The translations under genes were made by a program, and so were the position numbers. Positions 1 to 7,871 of a DNA stretch of 36,518 nt are shown here, one piece after another; within the stretch, counting starts at the first letter, position 1, and each line of letters opens with the position of its first letter. Under the pieces are notes generated by a model. It searched no databases, was not told where the DNA came from, and saw only the letters and a program-made list of their open reading frames with translations. This DNA comes from Planctomycetota bacterium (GTDB taxonomy: Bacteria; Planctomycetota; PLA2; JAEUHO01): positions 1-36,518 of the forward strand of contig JBFWRP010000039.1 in NCBI GenBank assembly GCA_050248855.1, given 5' to 3'.

Positions 1-1
1 G

Positions 2-1570
2 CGTGACCGCCCCGTCGTCGGATCGCAGGGGGGCGATCGAGATCTCGTTCCAGAACGGCGAGCCGTCCTTGCGGTAGTTGAGCAGCACGGCGCGCGCCGG
101 CTGTACGGCGTCGATGGCCGCCCGCAGGGCGGCCACGGCCTTCGGATCCGTGTCGGGCCCCTGGAGCATGCGGCAGTTGCGACCGACCACATCCTCTGCC
201 GCGTAGCCCGTCATCTCCTCGAAGGCGTGATTGGCGAAGACGATGGGAAGGTCGGGGGCGCCGGCATCGCAGAGCACGATGCCCGTGCGTACGGTGTCCA
301 GGGCCCGGTCGCGCAGCGCGATCGTGGCTCGTTGGGACTCGCGGACCGACAGCGCTGCCAGGTCCAGGCCCAGCGATTCGAGCATGCCGGCCAGCAGCGG
401 GTCGACGGGCCACGACTCGCGGGCGAAGAGCGAGAGCACGCCCGTGCCGCCATCGGCCAGCTGGACGGGGATGGCCACCGACGACGCCAGCCCCGCGTCG
501 CGTGCCTCGGCCTCGCGGCCGAGCGTGGGCGGGTCGGGGTCGTCCGCCACGTGCCAAACGGTCTTGCCCTGGGACCACGCCCTGCCGGGCAAGCCCTTGC
601 CCGGGCCGAAGCGCAGGCGATCGCTCCCCTCGGTCCACGCCGCGTGGCGTCGCAGGCGCGAGGTCAGTCGTGCGTGCTTGCGCTCCAAGGCGCCGCCGCC
701 CTCCCCGACGCGCCACCACTCGGCGACGTCCCAACCCAAGACGTTGACGATCGCCTCCAGGGTCCCCTGCACGCCCTGGTCCAGGGTGCGTGCCTTGCTC
801 ACGGCACGCGAGGCCGCTTGGCTGGCGGCCAACCGTCGCTCGAAGCGGATGCGATCGCTCAGGTCCATGCCCGAGGCGAGGAGGTGCGTCACGTCGCCGT
901 CGGCGCCGCGCAGCGGGGTGATCGACAGCTCGAGCGGCACGATGCGCTCGTTCGCGAGCGTCGCCGTGGCCTCGAAGCGAACAGCACGTCCCCCGCCCGC
1001 GGCGCGCACGGCGTGGCGGATCTCGTCCTGCACATCGGGGTCGTGCTGCCACCACCGCGCGGCATGGAGCGGTCGCTCCAGCACGTCGGAAACCTCCGAC
1101 GTGCCGTGCGCCGCTTCCAGGATCGTGCCGTCCGGCAAGCAGACGGCGGCGAGCGCGAAGACGCCTCCGAGCAGTGCTTGTAGCAGCCGGTCGCGCTCGC
1201 GAGCGCGCTCCGCCGCGGACTCGTTGGAGGCCATGTCGCTGGCCACGAGCGCGAACTTGACGCTCGTGCTGTCCACGCGCACGGCCAGGGCGTCCACGGT
1301 GCGCGGAGCCCCGTAGCGATCCTGCAGGCAGAGGCGTCCGGACCACCGCCCGTCGGTCTCGATCGCGGCGCCCACCGTGGCGTACCAACGGGTCGCTTCG
1401 GCCGGGTGCAGCACGTCGCCGATCGTGAGGTCGCCCTCGCGCACCAGCGGTCGGTCGAGCAGGCGCTTGCCCCCGGCGTTCAACCAGAGCAGGCGCCCCT
1501 CCGCATCAAAGCAGCCCACGAACCGGTCGAGCTCCGCCAGCAACGGCAGGGTCCACCGCATGTACTCCAC
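2..1570 (-). CDS. PAS-PAS-GAF-LOV multi-sensor signalling protein (3'-truncated by the window edge; output domain not visible)
   Basis: Manual translation; absent from the ORF track because it has no stop in the window. GTG at 1570 follows AGGAGG (alternative ATG 1561). Contains PAS-like ...IVPLELSITPLRGADGDVTHLLASGMDLS, GAF FGPGKGLPGRAW...VAIPV, and LOV DLPIVFANHAFEEMTGYAAEDVVGRNCRMLQGPDTD...NYRKDGSPFWNEISIAP. Confidence 0.9.
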   Translation of the reverse strand, partial: MEYMRWTLPLLAELDRFVGCFDAEGRLLWLNAGGKRLLDRPLVREGDLTIGDVLHPAEATRWYATVGAAIETDGRWSGRLCLQDRYGAPRTVDALAVRVDSTSVKFALVASDMASNESAAERARERDRLLQALLGGVFALAAVCLPDGTILEAAHGTSEVSDVLERPLHAARWWQHDPDVQDEIRHAVRAAGGGRAVRFEATATLANERIVPLELSITPLRGADGDVTHLLASGMDLSDRIRFERRLAASQAASRAVSKARTLDQGVQGTLEAIVNVLGWDVAEWWRVGEGGGALERKHARLTSRLRRHAAWTEGSDRLRFGPGKGLPGRAWSQGKTVWHVADDPDPPTLGREAEARDAGLASSVAIPVQLADGGTGVLSLFARESWPVDPLLAGMLESLGLDLAALSVRESQRATIALRDRALDTVRTGIVLCDAGAPDLPIVFANHAFEEMTGYAAEDVVGRNCRMLQGPDTDPKAVAALRAAIDAVQPARAVLLNYRKDGSPFWNEISIAPLRSDDGAVT

Positions 1571-1603
1571 GTGCTGCCCTCCTCGGCGCGCTCTCCCAGG
1601 CTA

Positions 1604-1619
1604 CGGCATGGGGGTTGCG
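1604..1619 (+). promoter_or_regulatory. sigma-54 (-24/-12) promoter candidate for the AI-2E gene
   Basis: CGGCATGGGGGTTGCG: GG-N10-GC, matching YGGCAY-N5-TTGC, about 28 nt upstream of ATG 1647. Confidence 0.6.
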
Positions 1620-1646
1620 AGCGGCGTGCCGATCGGAGAGATCCGC

Positions 1647-3443
1647 ATGCGCTCATCGACCACGACGTCTGCCCTGCGCCTCTTGGCGTTCTTGGCCGTC
1701 GTTGCCGCTCTGGCCGCAGGCGAGTCCTTCCTGGTTCCGGTGTGCATGGCCGCCTTGCTGGCGCTGTTGCTGGGACCCCTGGTGAACGTGGCACAGCGCG
1801 CTCTGCGCCTGCCCCGCATCCCGGCCGTGCTGGCCTCCGTGGCCGTGGCGACGGCGGTATTGGGGCTGCTCGGCTGGTTCGTGGTCCATGAGGGCATCGC
1901 CTTGGCCGAGGCGATCCCGGCCTACCGTCAGAACTTCCAGCAGCGTGTCGCCGCGCTGCGCGGCGTGACCACCCAGATCAAGGAGGTCTCCACCAAGCTC
2001 GAGGACGTGAAGCGCGACGTCGAGACGGCTGCCCGGGAGGCCAGCGGGGAAGAGGCGGAGGCCCAGCCCGAGGCCGAGCAGAGCGAGCCCGAGGCGCCCA
2101 AGGCGGAGGCGTCGCCCTCGCCGCCCTTGCTCGAACAGCTGGCCCCGTTCCTCACCGGCATCGCGACGCTGGGCGCCGTCCTCGTGTTGGCGCTCTTCCT
2201 GCTGATCTACGCGCCGAGCTTGCGGGATCGCATCGTGCAGGTGCTCGGGCCCGGCAACCTCTCCATCACGACCCAGGCGCTCGACGAGGCGACGGGGCGT
2301 GTGGGCAGCTACCTCTCGACGACGCTGTTGCTCAACGCCGGGTACGGACTGCCCGTGGGTGTGGGGCTCTACCTCCTCGGCCTGCCGGGCGCGGTCTTCT
2401 TCGGACTCTTGGCCACGGTCCTGCGCTTCATCCCCTACGTGGGCCCTTGGACCGCGGCGGCGCTGCCCGTCCTGTTGTCGCTGGCCGTGTTCCCCACGTG
2501 GGGGCCCACGCTTGCCATCCTGGGTCTGTTCCTGGTCCTGGAGCTCGTGGCGTCCAACGTCGTGGAACCGCTGCTCTACGGCAAGAGCAGCGGGCTGAGC
2601 ACCTTGGCCGTCATCTTCGCTGCCTTGTTCTGGGCATGGCTGTGGGGGGCCGCGGGCCTCGTGCTGGCGGTGCCGCTCACGCTGTGCCTGGCCGTGGCCG
2701 GACGCTACGTGCCCGAGCTCTCGTTCCTGCACATCCTGCTGTCGGCCGATCCGTCGCGCGAGCACCACACGCACTTCTTCCGGCGCATCATGGCGTTCGA
2801 CGGGGATGGGGCGCGGCGTCTGGCCCGGCGACACGCCGAGGAGCGGGGTCCCGTCGGTCTGCTCGACGATGTGGTCCTGCCGGCGCTCGCCTTGTCCGAG
2901 CAGGAGCGTCAGGCCGGCACCGTCGACGCGAGCCGTCAGCGCTTCCTCTACGGCGAGATGCGTCGCTTGCTCGACGATCTGCTGGACGGCTCCGCGGTGG
3001 ACGTCGACACGGCCCGAGAGGGCACGGCGCGCAACGGCTCGCGGCGCATCGCGATCGTTCCCGGCGAGGGTGCCGCGGACGGGCTTGCCGCGCGGGCCGT
3101 GGGGCAGCTCGTCGCCAGGCAGGAACCGGGCACGGTGGTGCTCTCCCCGCGCCGCTTGGTCGCGGAGCACGTTGCCAAGCTGCAGGAGCTCGAGCCCTCG
3201 CTGCTCGTCGTCACGACGCTGCCGCCCGACGGCATGGAGCACTGCGCGGCCCTGCTCAAGCGCCTCCGCGCGCACTTCCCGAGGACGCGCCTGCTGCTCT
3301 TGGCGTGGTCCCGCAGCCGCGCGCGGCCCGATGGCGAAGCAGGGCTCCCGATGGCTGCCCATCGCGTCGTGCACACGGTGGCGGAGGCCCTCGCGGCCGT
3401 GCGGCCCTCGGGCTCGCGCGAGCCTGTCGCGCACTTGCCCTGA
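1647..3443 (+). CDS. AI-2E (PerM) family transporter with C-terminal cytoplasmic B12-binding-like/Rossmann domain
   Basis: Multiple TM helices; motifs LRFIPYVGPW, ASNVVEPLLYG, FWAWLWGAAGLVLAVPLT. ATG 1647 preceded by GGAGAG. Confidence 0.9.
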   Translation: MRSSTTTSALRLLAFLAVVAALAAGESFLVPVCMAALLALLLGPLVNVAQRALRLPRIPAVLASVAVATAVLGLLGWFVVHEGIALAEAIPAYRQNFQQRVAALRGVTTQIKEVSTKLEDVKRDVETAAREASGEEAEAQPEAEQSEPEAPKAEASPSPPLLEQLAPFLTGIATLGAVLVLALFLLIYAPSLRDRIVQVLGPGNLSITTQALDEATGRVGSYLSTTLLLNAGYGLPVGVGLYLLGLPGAVFFGLLATVLRFIPYVGPWTAAALPVLLSLAVFPTWGPTLAILGLFLVLELVASNVVEPLLYGKSSGLSTLAVIFAALFWAWLWGAAGLVLAVPLTLCLAVAGRYVPELSFLHILLSADPSREHHTHFFRRIMAFDGDGARRLARRHAEERGPVGLLDDVVLPALALSEQERQAGTVDASRQRFLYGEMRRLLDDLLDGSAVDVDTAREGTARNGSRRIAIVPGEGAADGLAARAVGQLVARQEPGTVVLSPRRLVAEHVAKLQELEPSLLVVTTLPPDGMEHCAALLKRLRAHFPRTRLLLLAWSRSRARPDGEAGLPMAAHRVVHTVAEALAAVRPSGSREPVAHLP

Positions 3444-3531
3444 GGGCGTCTGCGCCCGCCGCAGGTGTCTCTCGCGGCGCCACCCGTTTCCTGGGGGGAC
3501 GGACCGCCGCGCAGGAGGTGCGCGTGAGTGG

Positions 3532-3547
3532 CGGCACGCTCCTTGCG
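3532..3547 (+). promoter_or_regulatory. sigma-54 promoter candidate for the DUF883 operon
   Basis: CGGCACGCTCCTTGCG: near-consensus GGCACG-N4-TTGC, about 40 nt upstream of ATG 3587. Confidence 0.7.
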
Positions 3548-3586
3548 CCAAGGGCCCACGCAGTCGCGTTCACGAAGGAGGTACCC

Positions 3587-3874
3587 ATGTCCGCCCCCCG
3601 CTCCCGCGTCCGATCCGAGCTCGACGAGCTGCGTGACGACTTGGGCGCCCTGCGCACCGACGTCCGCAACCTCGTGGTCGCCCTCCGCGATGCCGGTGAA
3701 GGATCGATCCACAAGCTCTCCCGCGCAGCCGGTCGCGTGGCCGAGAACGGCGCCGCGCGCGTCAGCGAAGCCGAGGAGAGCGCTCGCGAAGGGATCCAGC
3801 AGCACCCCTGGTGGAGCGTCTTCGGAGCCCTCGGCGTCGGTCTCCTCGTGGGTCGCTTTCTGGATCGGTCGTAG
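3587..3874 (+). CDS. DUF883 / ElaB-YqjD family tail-anchored protein
   Basis: AAGGAGG SD; helical N-terminus ELDELRDDLGALRTDV; C-terminal IQQHPWWSVFGALGVGLLVGRFL. Confidence 0.88.
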   Translation: MSAPRSRVRSELDELRDDLGALRTDVRNLVVALRDAGEGSIHKLSRAAGRVAENGAARVSEAEESAREGIQQHPWWSVFGALGVGLLVGRFLDRS

Positions 3875-3878
3875 GGCC

Positions 3879-4157
3879 ATGGCCTCGCTTGCGACGTTCC
3901 TGAGCTCGTCGCTCGGCATCGTCAACGCCGAAGTACGGAGCCTCGCGCAGACGAAGGTCGACGCCATGCGGGCGGCCAGCAGCGTGATCGTCGGCGCCCT
4001 GGTCCTCTTGACCGGCGTGGCGTTCCTCCTGGTCGCGCTGTTCGTGGCGCTGCGCTCCGCCTGGGGCACGGCCGGAGCGGCCAGCGTGACGGGCTTGGTC
4101 GCGTCGCTGGTCGGCGCCGGTGTCCTCGTCTACTCGCGCCGCATGCGCGTGCGCTGA
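3879..4157 (+). CDS. YqjE-like / phage-holin_3_6-type two-TM membrane protein
   Basis: 92 aa with two hydrophobic helices, starting 4 nt after the DUF883 gene; this is the usual yqjD-yqjE order. Confidence 0.7.
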   Translation: MASLATFLSSSLGIVNAEVRSLAQTKVDAMRAASSVIVGALVLLTGVAFLLVALFVALRSAWGTAGAASVTGLVASLVGAGVLVYSRRMRVR

Positions 4158-4169
4158 AAGGAGACTGGA

Positions 4170-4301
4170 ATGCTAGATCCCCGCGAAACCAACATGGAGC
4201 AGCAACGGCCTCCGGAGGAGAAGGGCGGCATTCCGCTCGCCCTCTTGGGATGGTTGATCGGCGTGCCGGGCCTGATCGTCCTGTTGCTCTTGATCTTCTG
4301 A
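4170..4301 (+). CDS. 43-aa single-TM small protein MLDPRETNMEQQRPPEEKGGIPLALLGWLIGVPGLIVLLLLIF
   Basis: AAGGAGA SD 5 nt before the ATG, directly after the previous stop; below the ORF-track length cutoff. Confidence 0.72.
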   Translation: MLDPRETNMEQQRPPEEKGGIPLALLGWLIGVPGLIVLLLLIF

Positions 4302-4504
4302 TCCTGCGAGAGCATGAGAGGTGACTCCTTTCGACGGCCACGGCATGTGACCGGTCGCTTCGCGGTACGCAAGGCGAAGGCCGTTCGAAGCAGCCATCGG
4401 GCCGTGGGTGCCCGCAGGTCGGTGGGGGAGGCGCCCAGGGGACGCCCCGCGGATGCAACGTGCCGTGGGGAGACGCCCGGAGCCCCGTTCGCCCGCATCC
4501 GGCG

Positions 4505-4520
4505 CGGTACGGCATTCGCT
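4505..4520 (+). promoter_or_regulatory. sigma-54 promoter candidate for the DUF2383 gene
   Basis: CGGTACGGCATTCGCT: GG-N10-GC, about 52 nt upstream of ATG 4572. Confidence 0.5.
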
Positions 4521-4571
4521 TCCTGCGCCTTGTTCCTGCTCCCTCGAGCACCCCATGAAAGGATCCCTCCC

Positions 4572-5030
4572 ATGACCACCCACGTCCCCACCCAGAGCAT
4601 CGACGCGCTCAACGACCTCGTGCGGGTATGCGAGGACGGCTGCGCCGGCTACCGCAAGGCGGCCGAGCTCACGAGCGATCCGGTTCTCCGGTCGACGTTC
4701 GCGCGGTACGGCACGGAGCGCGGCAAGTTCGCCAACCAGCTCCGCGGTGAGGTCCGTCGTCTCGGCGGCACGCCGGTGGATGGCGGTACGCTGGCCGGCG
4801 CGGCCCATCGCGCTTGGTTCGACGTCAAGACCACGTTCGCGTCCGACGACGCCAAGGCCGTCGTCAACGAGTGCGAACGTGGCGAAGATCACGCGATCGA
4901 GGCCTACAAGTCGGCGCTGAAGCAGCCCCTTGCCCCGTCCGCGCGCGACATCGTGCGGGCCCAGTGCAGCGAGGTGCAACAGGCACACGACCGCATGCAC
5001 GAGCTGCAGGTGGCCTACGACAAGGCCTGA
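4572..5030 (+). CDS. PA2169 / DUF2383 ferritin-like four-helix-bundle protein
   Basis: Motifs LNDLVRVCEDGCAGY, GTLAGAAHRAWFDVK, ECERGEDHAIEAY; GAAAGGA SD. Confidence 0.92.
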   Translation: MTTHVPTQSIDALNDLVRVCEDGCAGYRKAAELTSDPVLRSTFARYGTERGKFANQLRGEVRRLGGTPVDGGTLAGAAHRAWFDVKTTFASDDAKAVVNECERGEDHAIEAYKSALKQPLAPSARDIVRAQCSEVQQAHDRMHELQVAYDKA

Positions 5031-5125
5031 TTCCCTCCTCTGAGCCGGGCTCCTCGCAATCCACGCACTCGCTCTCCCCTCACATTCCCCCTGTATCCCC
5101 CCCAGGCGAGACCTCGGCTCATCTC

Positions 5126-5170
5126 GGCGCCGTCCGTTCCTCCCCCCGGAACGGGCGGCGCCTTCTTCTT
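5126..5170 (+). terminator. intrinsic terminator after DUF2383
   Basis: 15-bp stem GGCGCCGTCCGTTCC / GGAACGGGCGGCGCC (one G-U pair), followed by TTCTTCTT. Confidence 0.75.
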
Positions 5171-5195
5171 GGGTGGGGGCTTTCCGGAGCGGAGC

Positions 5196-6089
5196 TTACG
5201 GCGCAAGCCAGGCGAGGAGCTCACCGTCGCTGACGTCGCCCGAGTCGGCGAGGTCGCGCCCCACGAGAGACACGGGCACGATCGGCGTGGCGAAGCGCAT
5301 GTAGTCGACCTGGGCGCGAAGATCCGGGTTGCCGCCCACCAAGAGCGTCGTGTTGTGCGTGGGGTAGCCCGCCGTCTCGCAGGTCGTCCAGTCCGTGTAC
5401 GTCGTGATGCCCACCTGCAGCGTGTCGGGGAAGTCCGTCCGGACGTAGCGGCGGTGCACGGTCCACGCGCCGGCGCCCAGCCGGCGCAACAAGAGCACGG
5501 TGCTGCCGATGCGCGCGCACCGCAGCTCGGCGCTGGACGCCCCGGCATCGATCTCCAGGATCGAGTCGCTGTCGGTGGTGGTCTTGACCTCGCTCTGCCA
5601 AGTGCCGGGTGTGTTGGCCGCACCGATCGAGAGGAACACGTAGTTCTCGCCGCCCGCCGTCCACGTGGCGGGCGTGATGGCGCGCGGCGTGCGCACGAAG
5701 AGGCCGCCGAGCGAGTACAGCGATCCGGGGGCTGCCGTGCCTGCCCGGTTGGCGACCTCGATGTGCATCGAGGCGATGAAGTCCCCGCTGACCAGCTTGT
5801 GCACGAGCACGCCACGCCACTCCTGGTACCAGCTGCTGCTGTACGGCACGAGCGTCATCCAGCCGGGTCGCGTGGCACCGATGTCGTGGACCTCGAGCTG
5901 GTCGAAGCCCCAGCCCTCGGTGACGAACAGCCGCTGCCACGCCGAGAGCGTGCCTGCGTCGTCGAACTCGTCCGAGAGGGCGGCCAGCGGATCCACGCCT
6001 GGTCCCGGCGGGAGCGGCGCACCCCCTCCGCCACCTCCACAGCTGGCAAGCAGGAGGGTGGCGAAGCTGGCAAGGCAGGCGTGGCGCAT
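5196..6089 (-). CDS. Lipoprotein with ConA-like (DUF1349-like) beta-sandwich domain
   Basis: Signal MRHACLASFATLLLAS-CGGGGGG; LSDEFD...LVHKLVSGDF...GGLFVR...LQVGIT pattern, Trp-rich. Confidence 0.65.
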   Translation of the reverse strand: MRHACLASFATLLLASCGGGGGGAPLPPGPGVDPLAALSDEFDDAGTLSAWQRLFVTEGWGFDQLEVHDIGATRPGWMTLVPYSSSWYQEWRGVLVHKLVSGDFIASMHIEVANRAGTAAPGSLYSLGGLFVRTPRAITPATWTAGGENYVFLSIGAANTPGTWQSEVKTTTDSDSILEIDAGASSAELRCARIGSTVLLLRRLGAGAWTVHRRYVRTDFPDTLQVGITTYTDWTTCETAGYPTHNTTLLVGGNPDLRAQVDYMRFATPIVPVSLVGRDLADSGDVSDGELLAWLAP

Positions 6090-6234
6090 GGGACTCCGGT
6101 CGGACGCTACCCCAGCTACGGCAGTGCGCCAGCCGCCGGAGGGCGAACAAGTCGCTTCCACATCCCTCCGCGCAGCGTCACCCCGGCTCCGAGGTGATCC
6201 TCCGGCGGTGTGGGGTGCATGCGCCTCCCGGACC

Positions 6235-7662
6235 TCAGTCCACCGAGGAGGATGCCTCCATCCGGCCCCAGCCGGAAAGCTCGTCTTGGATGGTGCGGAA
6301 GAGGATCGCGTCCAGGTTGTTGGCCGGGCCGGTGTCCTTGACGCCATGGGCCGCACCCGAAGCGGCCACGTCGCCGCCGTACTCGATGAACGTGAAGCGA
6401 CCGCGCGTCATCTGTGCCACTTGGCGCATGACGAGGCTGCCGAAGGGGTCGAGGCCACTGGCAGCCACCGCGTGGACCTTGATGCCCCGCTCGGCCGCGG
6501 CCCGCATCGAGCGGTCGTAGGGGACGTCGCCGGCGTAGTCCATGTGCGGCGGCGCGTCGGCCACGAGGAAGCAGAGCTTGGCTGCGTCCGATCGCCAGTC
6601 CATCTGGCCGATGGCTTCGGCCAGTCCCTGGTTGAGGCTCTCGGGCGTGTCGCCGCCGCCGTTGGCTTCGACCGCGCGCAGCGCCGCGTCGAAGCCCTCG
6701 ATGTCGGCCGAGAACAGGCGTCGCATGGTGACGTAGTCGTCGGAGAGGTCACGGTAGAGCACGGCGCCGTAGCGCAGGTCGAACTCCACGGCGAGATCGC
6801 GCAGGCGCTTGGTGACGGCGAGCAGCGTGTGCTTGATGCGCCCGATCTCGTCGCCCATGGATCCCGTCGTGTCGATCAGGAAGCAGACGTCGAGCGGTAC
6901 GCTCGTGGGCATCGCGTAGCCGGTCGACACGCGTACGTCCAACGTGCGGGCCTGCGCGTCCAGCGCCGCGACGGTGGTCTGGCCGTGGGCCTGGACCTCG
7001 ACGCGCCACGAGGCGGGTACCTCGAGGCCGTCGGCATGGGGGTAGAAGGCCACGCGGCCATCGCCGAGCGTAGTGGCGCTCCAGGCGATGCGATCGGCTT
7101 GCTCGTCGATCACGGTCACACGGGCCAGCGGTACGGGGCGGCCCTCGGGGCCGAGGACGCGGATCCAGGTCCGGTCGCGGACGTCGACGACGTGTGCGCG
7201 GTCGGCGACGCCGGCTTGGTCCTCCCAGGTGGCGAGGAACGTCAAGAAGTCTTCGTACGCCGCGTTGTCATCGATCGAGCCCGCGCGCTGTGGCGCACCG
7301 CCCTCCGCCGGGCCGCGACCCCGCTCCGCCGCCGCGGCCGGAACGGGGGCCCCGGGCACCGCGGCTTCGAGCACCGCCGCGTCGGCCATCGGCTCGTCGC
7401 CGCCCGCGAAGCCTCCCGTCCCGCGTGACATCCGACGGTCACGCTCGCCATGGGCGGGTCGATCCACGCGACGAACGGTCCAGCCGTCGCTCGACGTGGC
7501 GACAAGCGCCCGGCCGCCGAGCTCGGCAGAGGCATGGAGGGCTTCGCGCCACGGAGCGTCCGGAGAGGCCGTCGGAGTGGGCTCGTCGGGGCTGCCGCAG
7601 CCCAGCGTCAGCACGAGGACCGCGAGGAACAGGGCGACGAGCGGGGAGGCGGGAGGGCGCAT
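6235..7662 (-). CDS. von Willebrand factor A domain lipoprotein
   Basis: Lipobox VLTLG-C; VWA motifs LDVCFLIDTTGSMGDEI, YGAVLYRD, ANGGGDTPE, FLVADAPPH. Confidence 0.88.
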   Translation of the reverse strand: MRPPASPLVALFLAVLVLTLGCGSPDEPTPTASPDAPWREALHASAELGGRALVATSSDGWTVRRVDRPAHGERDRRMSRGTGGFAGGDEPMADAAVLEAAVPGAPVPAAAAERGRGPAEGGAPQRAGSIDDNAAYEDFLTFLATWEDQAGVADRAHVVDVRDRTWIRVLGPEGRPVPLARVTVIDEQADRIAWSATTLGDGRVAFYPHADGLEVPASWRVEVQAHGQTTVAALDAQARTLDVRVSTGYAMPTSVPLDVCFLIDTTGSMGDEIGRIKHTLLAVTKRLRDLAVEFDLRYGAVLYRDLSDDYVTMRRLFSADIEGFDAALRAVEANGGGDTPESLNQGLAEAIGQMDWRSDAAKLCFLVADAPPHMDYAGDVPYDRSMRAAAERGIKVHAVAASGLDPFGSLVMRQVAQMTRGRFTFIEYGGDVAASGAAHGVKDTGPANNLDAILFRTIQDELSGWGRMEASSSVD

Positions 7663-7808
7663 GGGGATCTCCGTCAGGGGACCTCGTTGGATGCGCGCTC
7701 GGAGCAGGAGTTCCCTCGTGCGTCGCTGTTTCCCGAAGCACCGCACCAGGCGTCGCCTCGGCGCCGCAAGTGGTCGGTGCCGCAACGGGTCATGCCCCCG
7801 GGAGCCCT

Positions 7809-7824
7809 TGGTCCACCGCTTGCG
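7809..7824 (+). promoter_or_regulatory. sigma-54 promoter candidate for the FG-GAP gene
   Basis: TGGTCCACCGCTTGCG: TGG-N8-TTGC, about 48 nt upstream of ATG 7872. Confidence 0.45.
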
Positions 7825-7871
7825 ATCCGCTCGCCGCCTACCCCATCCCCTCTCGAGCTTCAGGAGACATC

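Noticed and set aside
227..1316. Plus-strand ORFs of 318 and 361 aa
   Set aside because: Antisense shadows of the PAS/GAF/LOV gene; no motifs.
3879..4157. Holin implying a prophage
   Set aside because: No phage genes nearby; the context is the chromosomal yqjD-yqjE type.
4451..4466. Minus-strand CGGCACGTTGCA as a sigma-54 promoter
   Set aside because: Lacks the required GG-N10-GC spacing.
7766..7797. Two minus-strand GGCA...TTGC motifs upstream of the VWA gene
   Set aside because: Spacing is N11 and N12, not N10.
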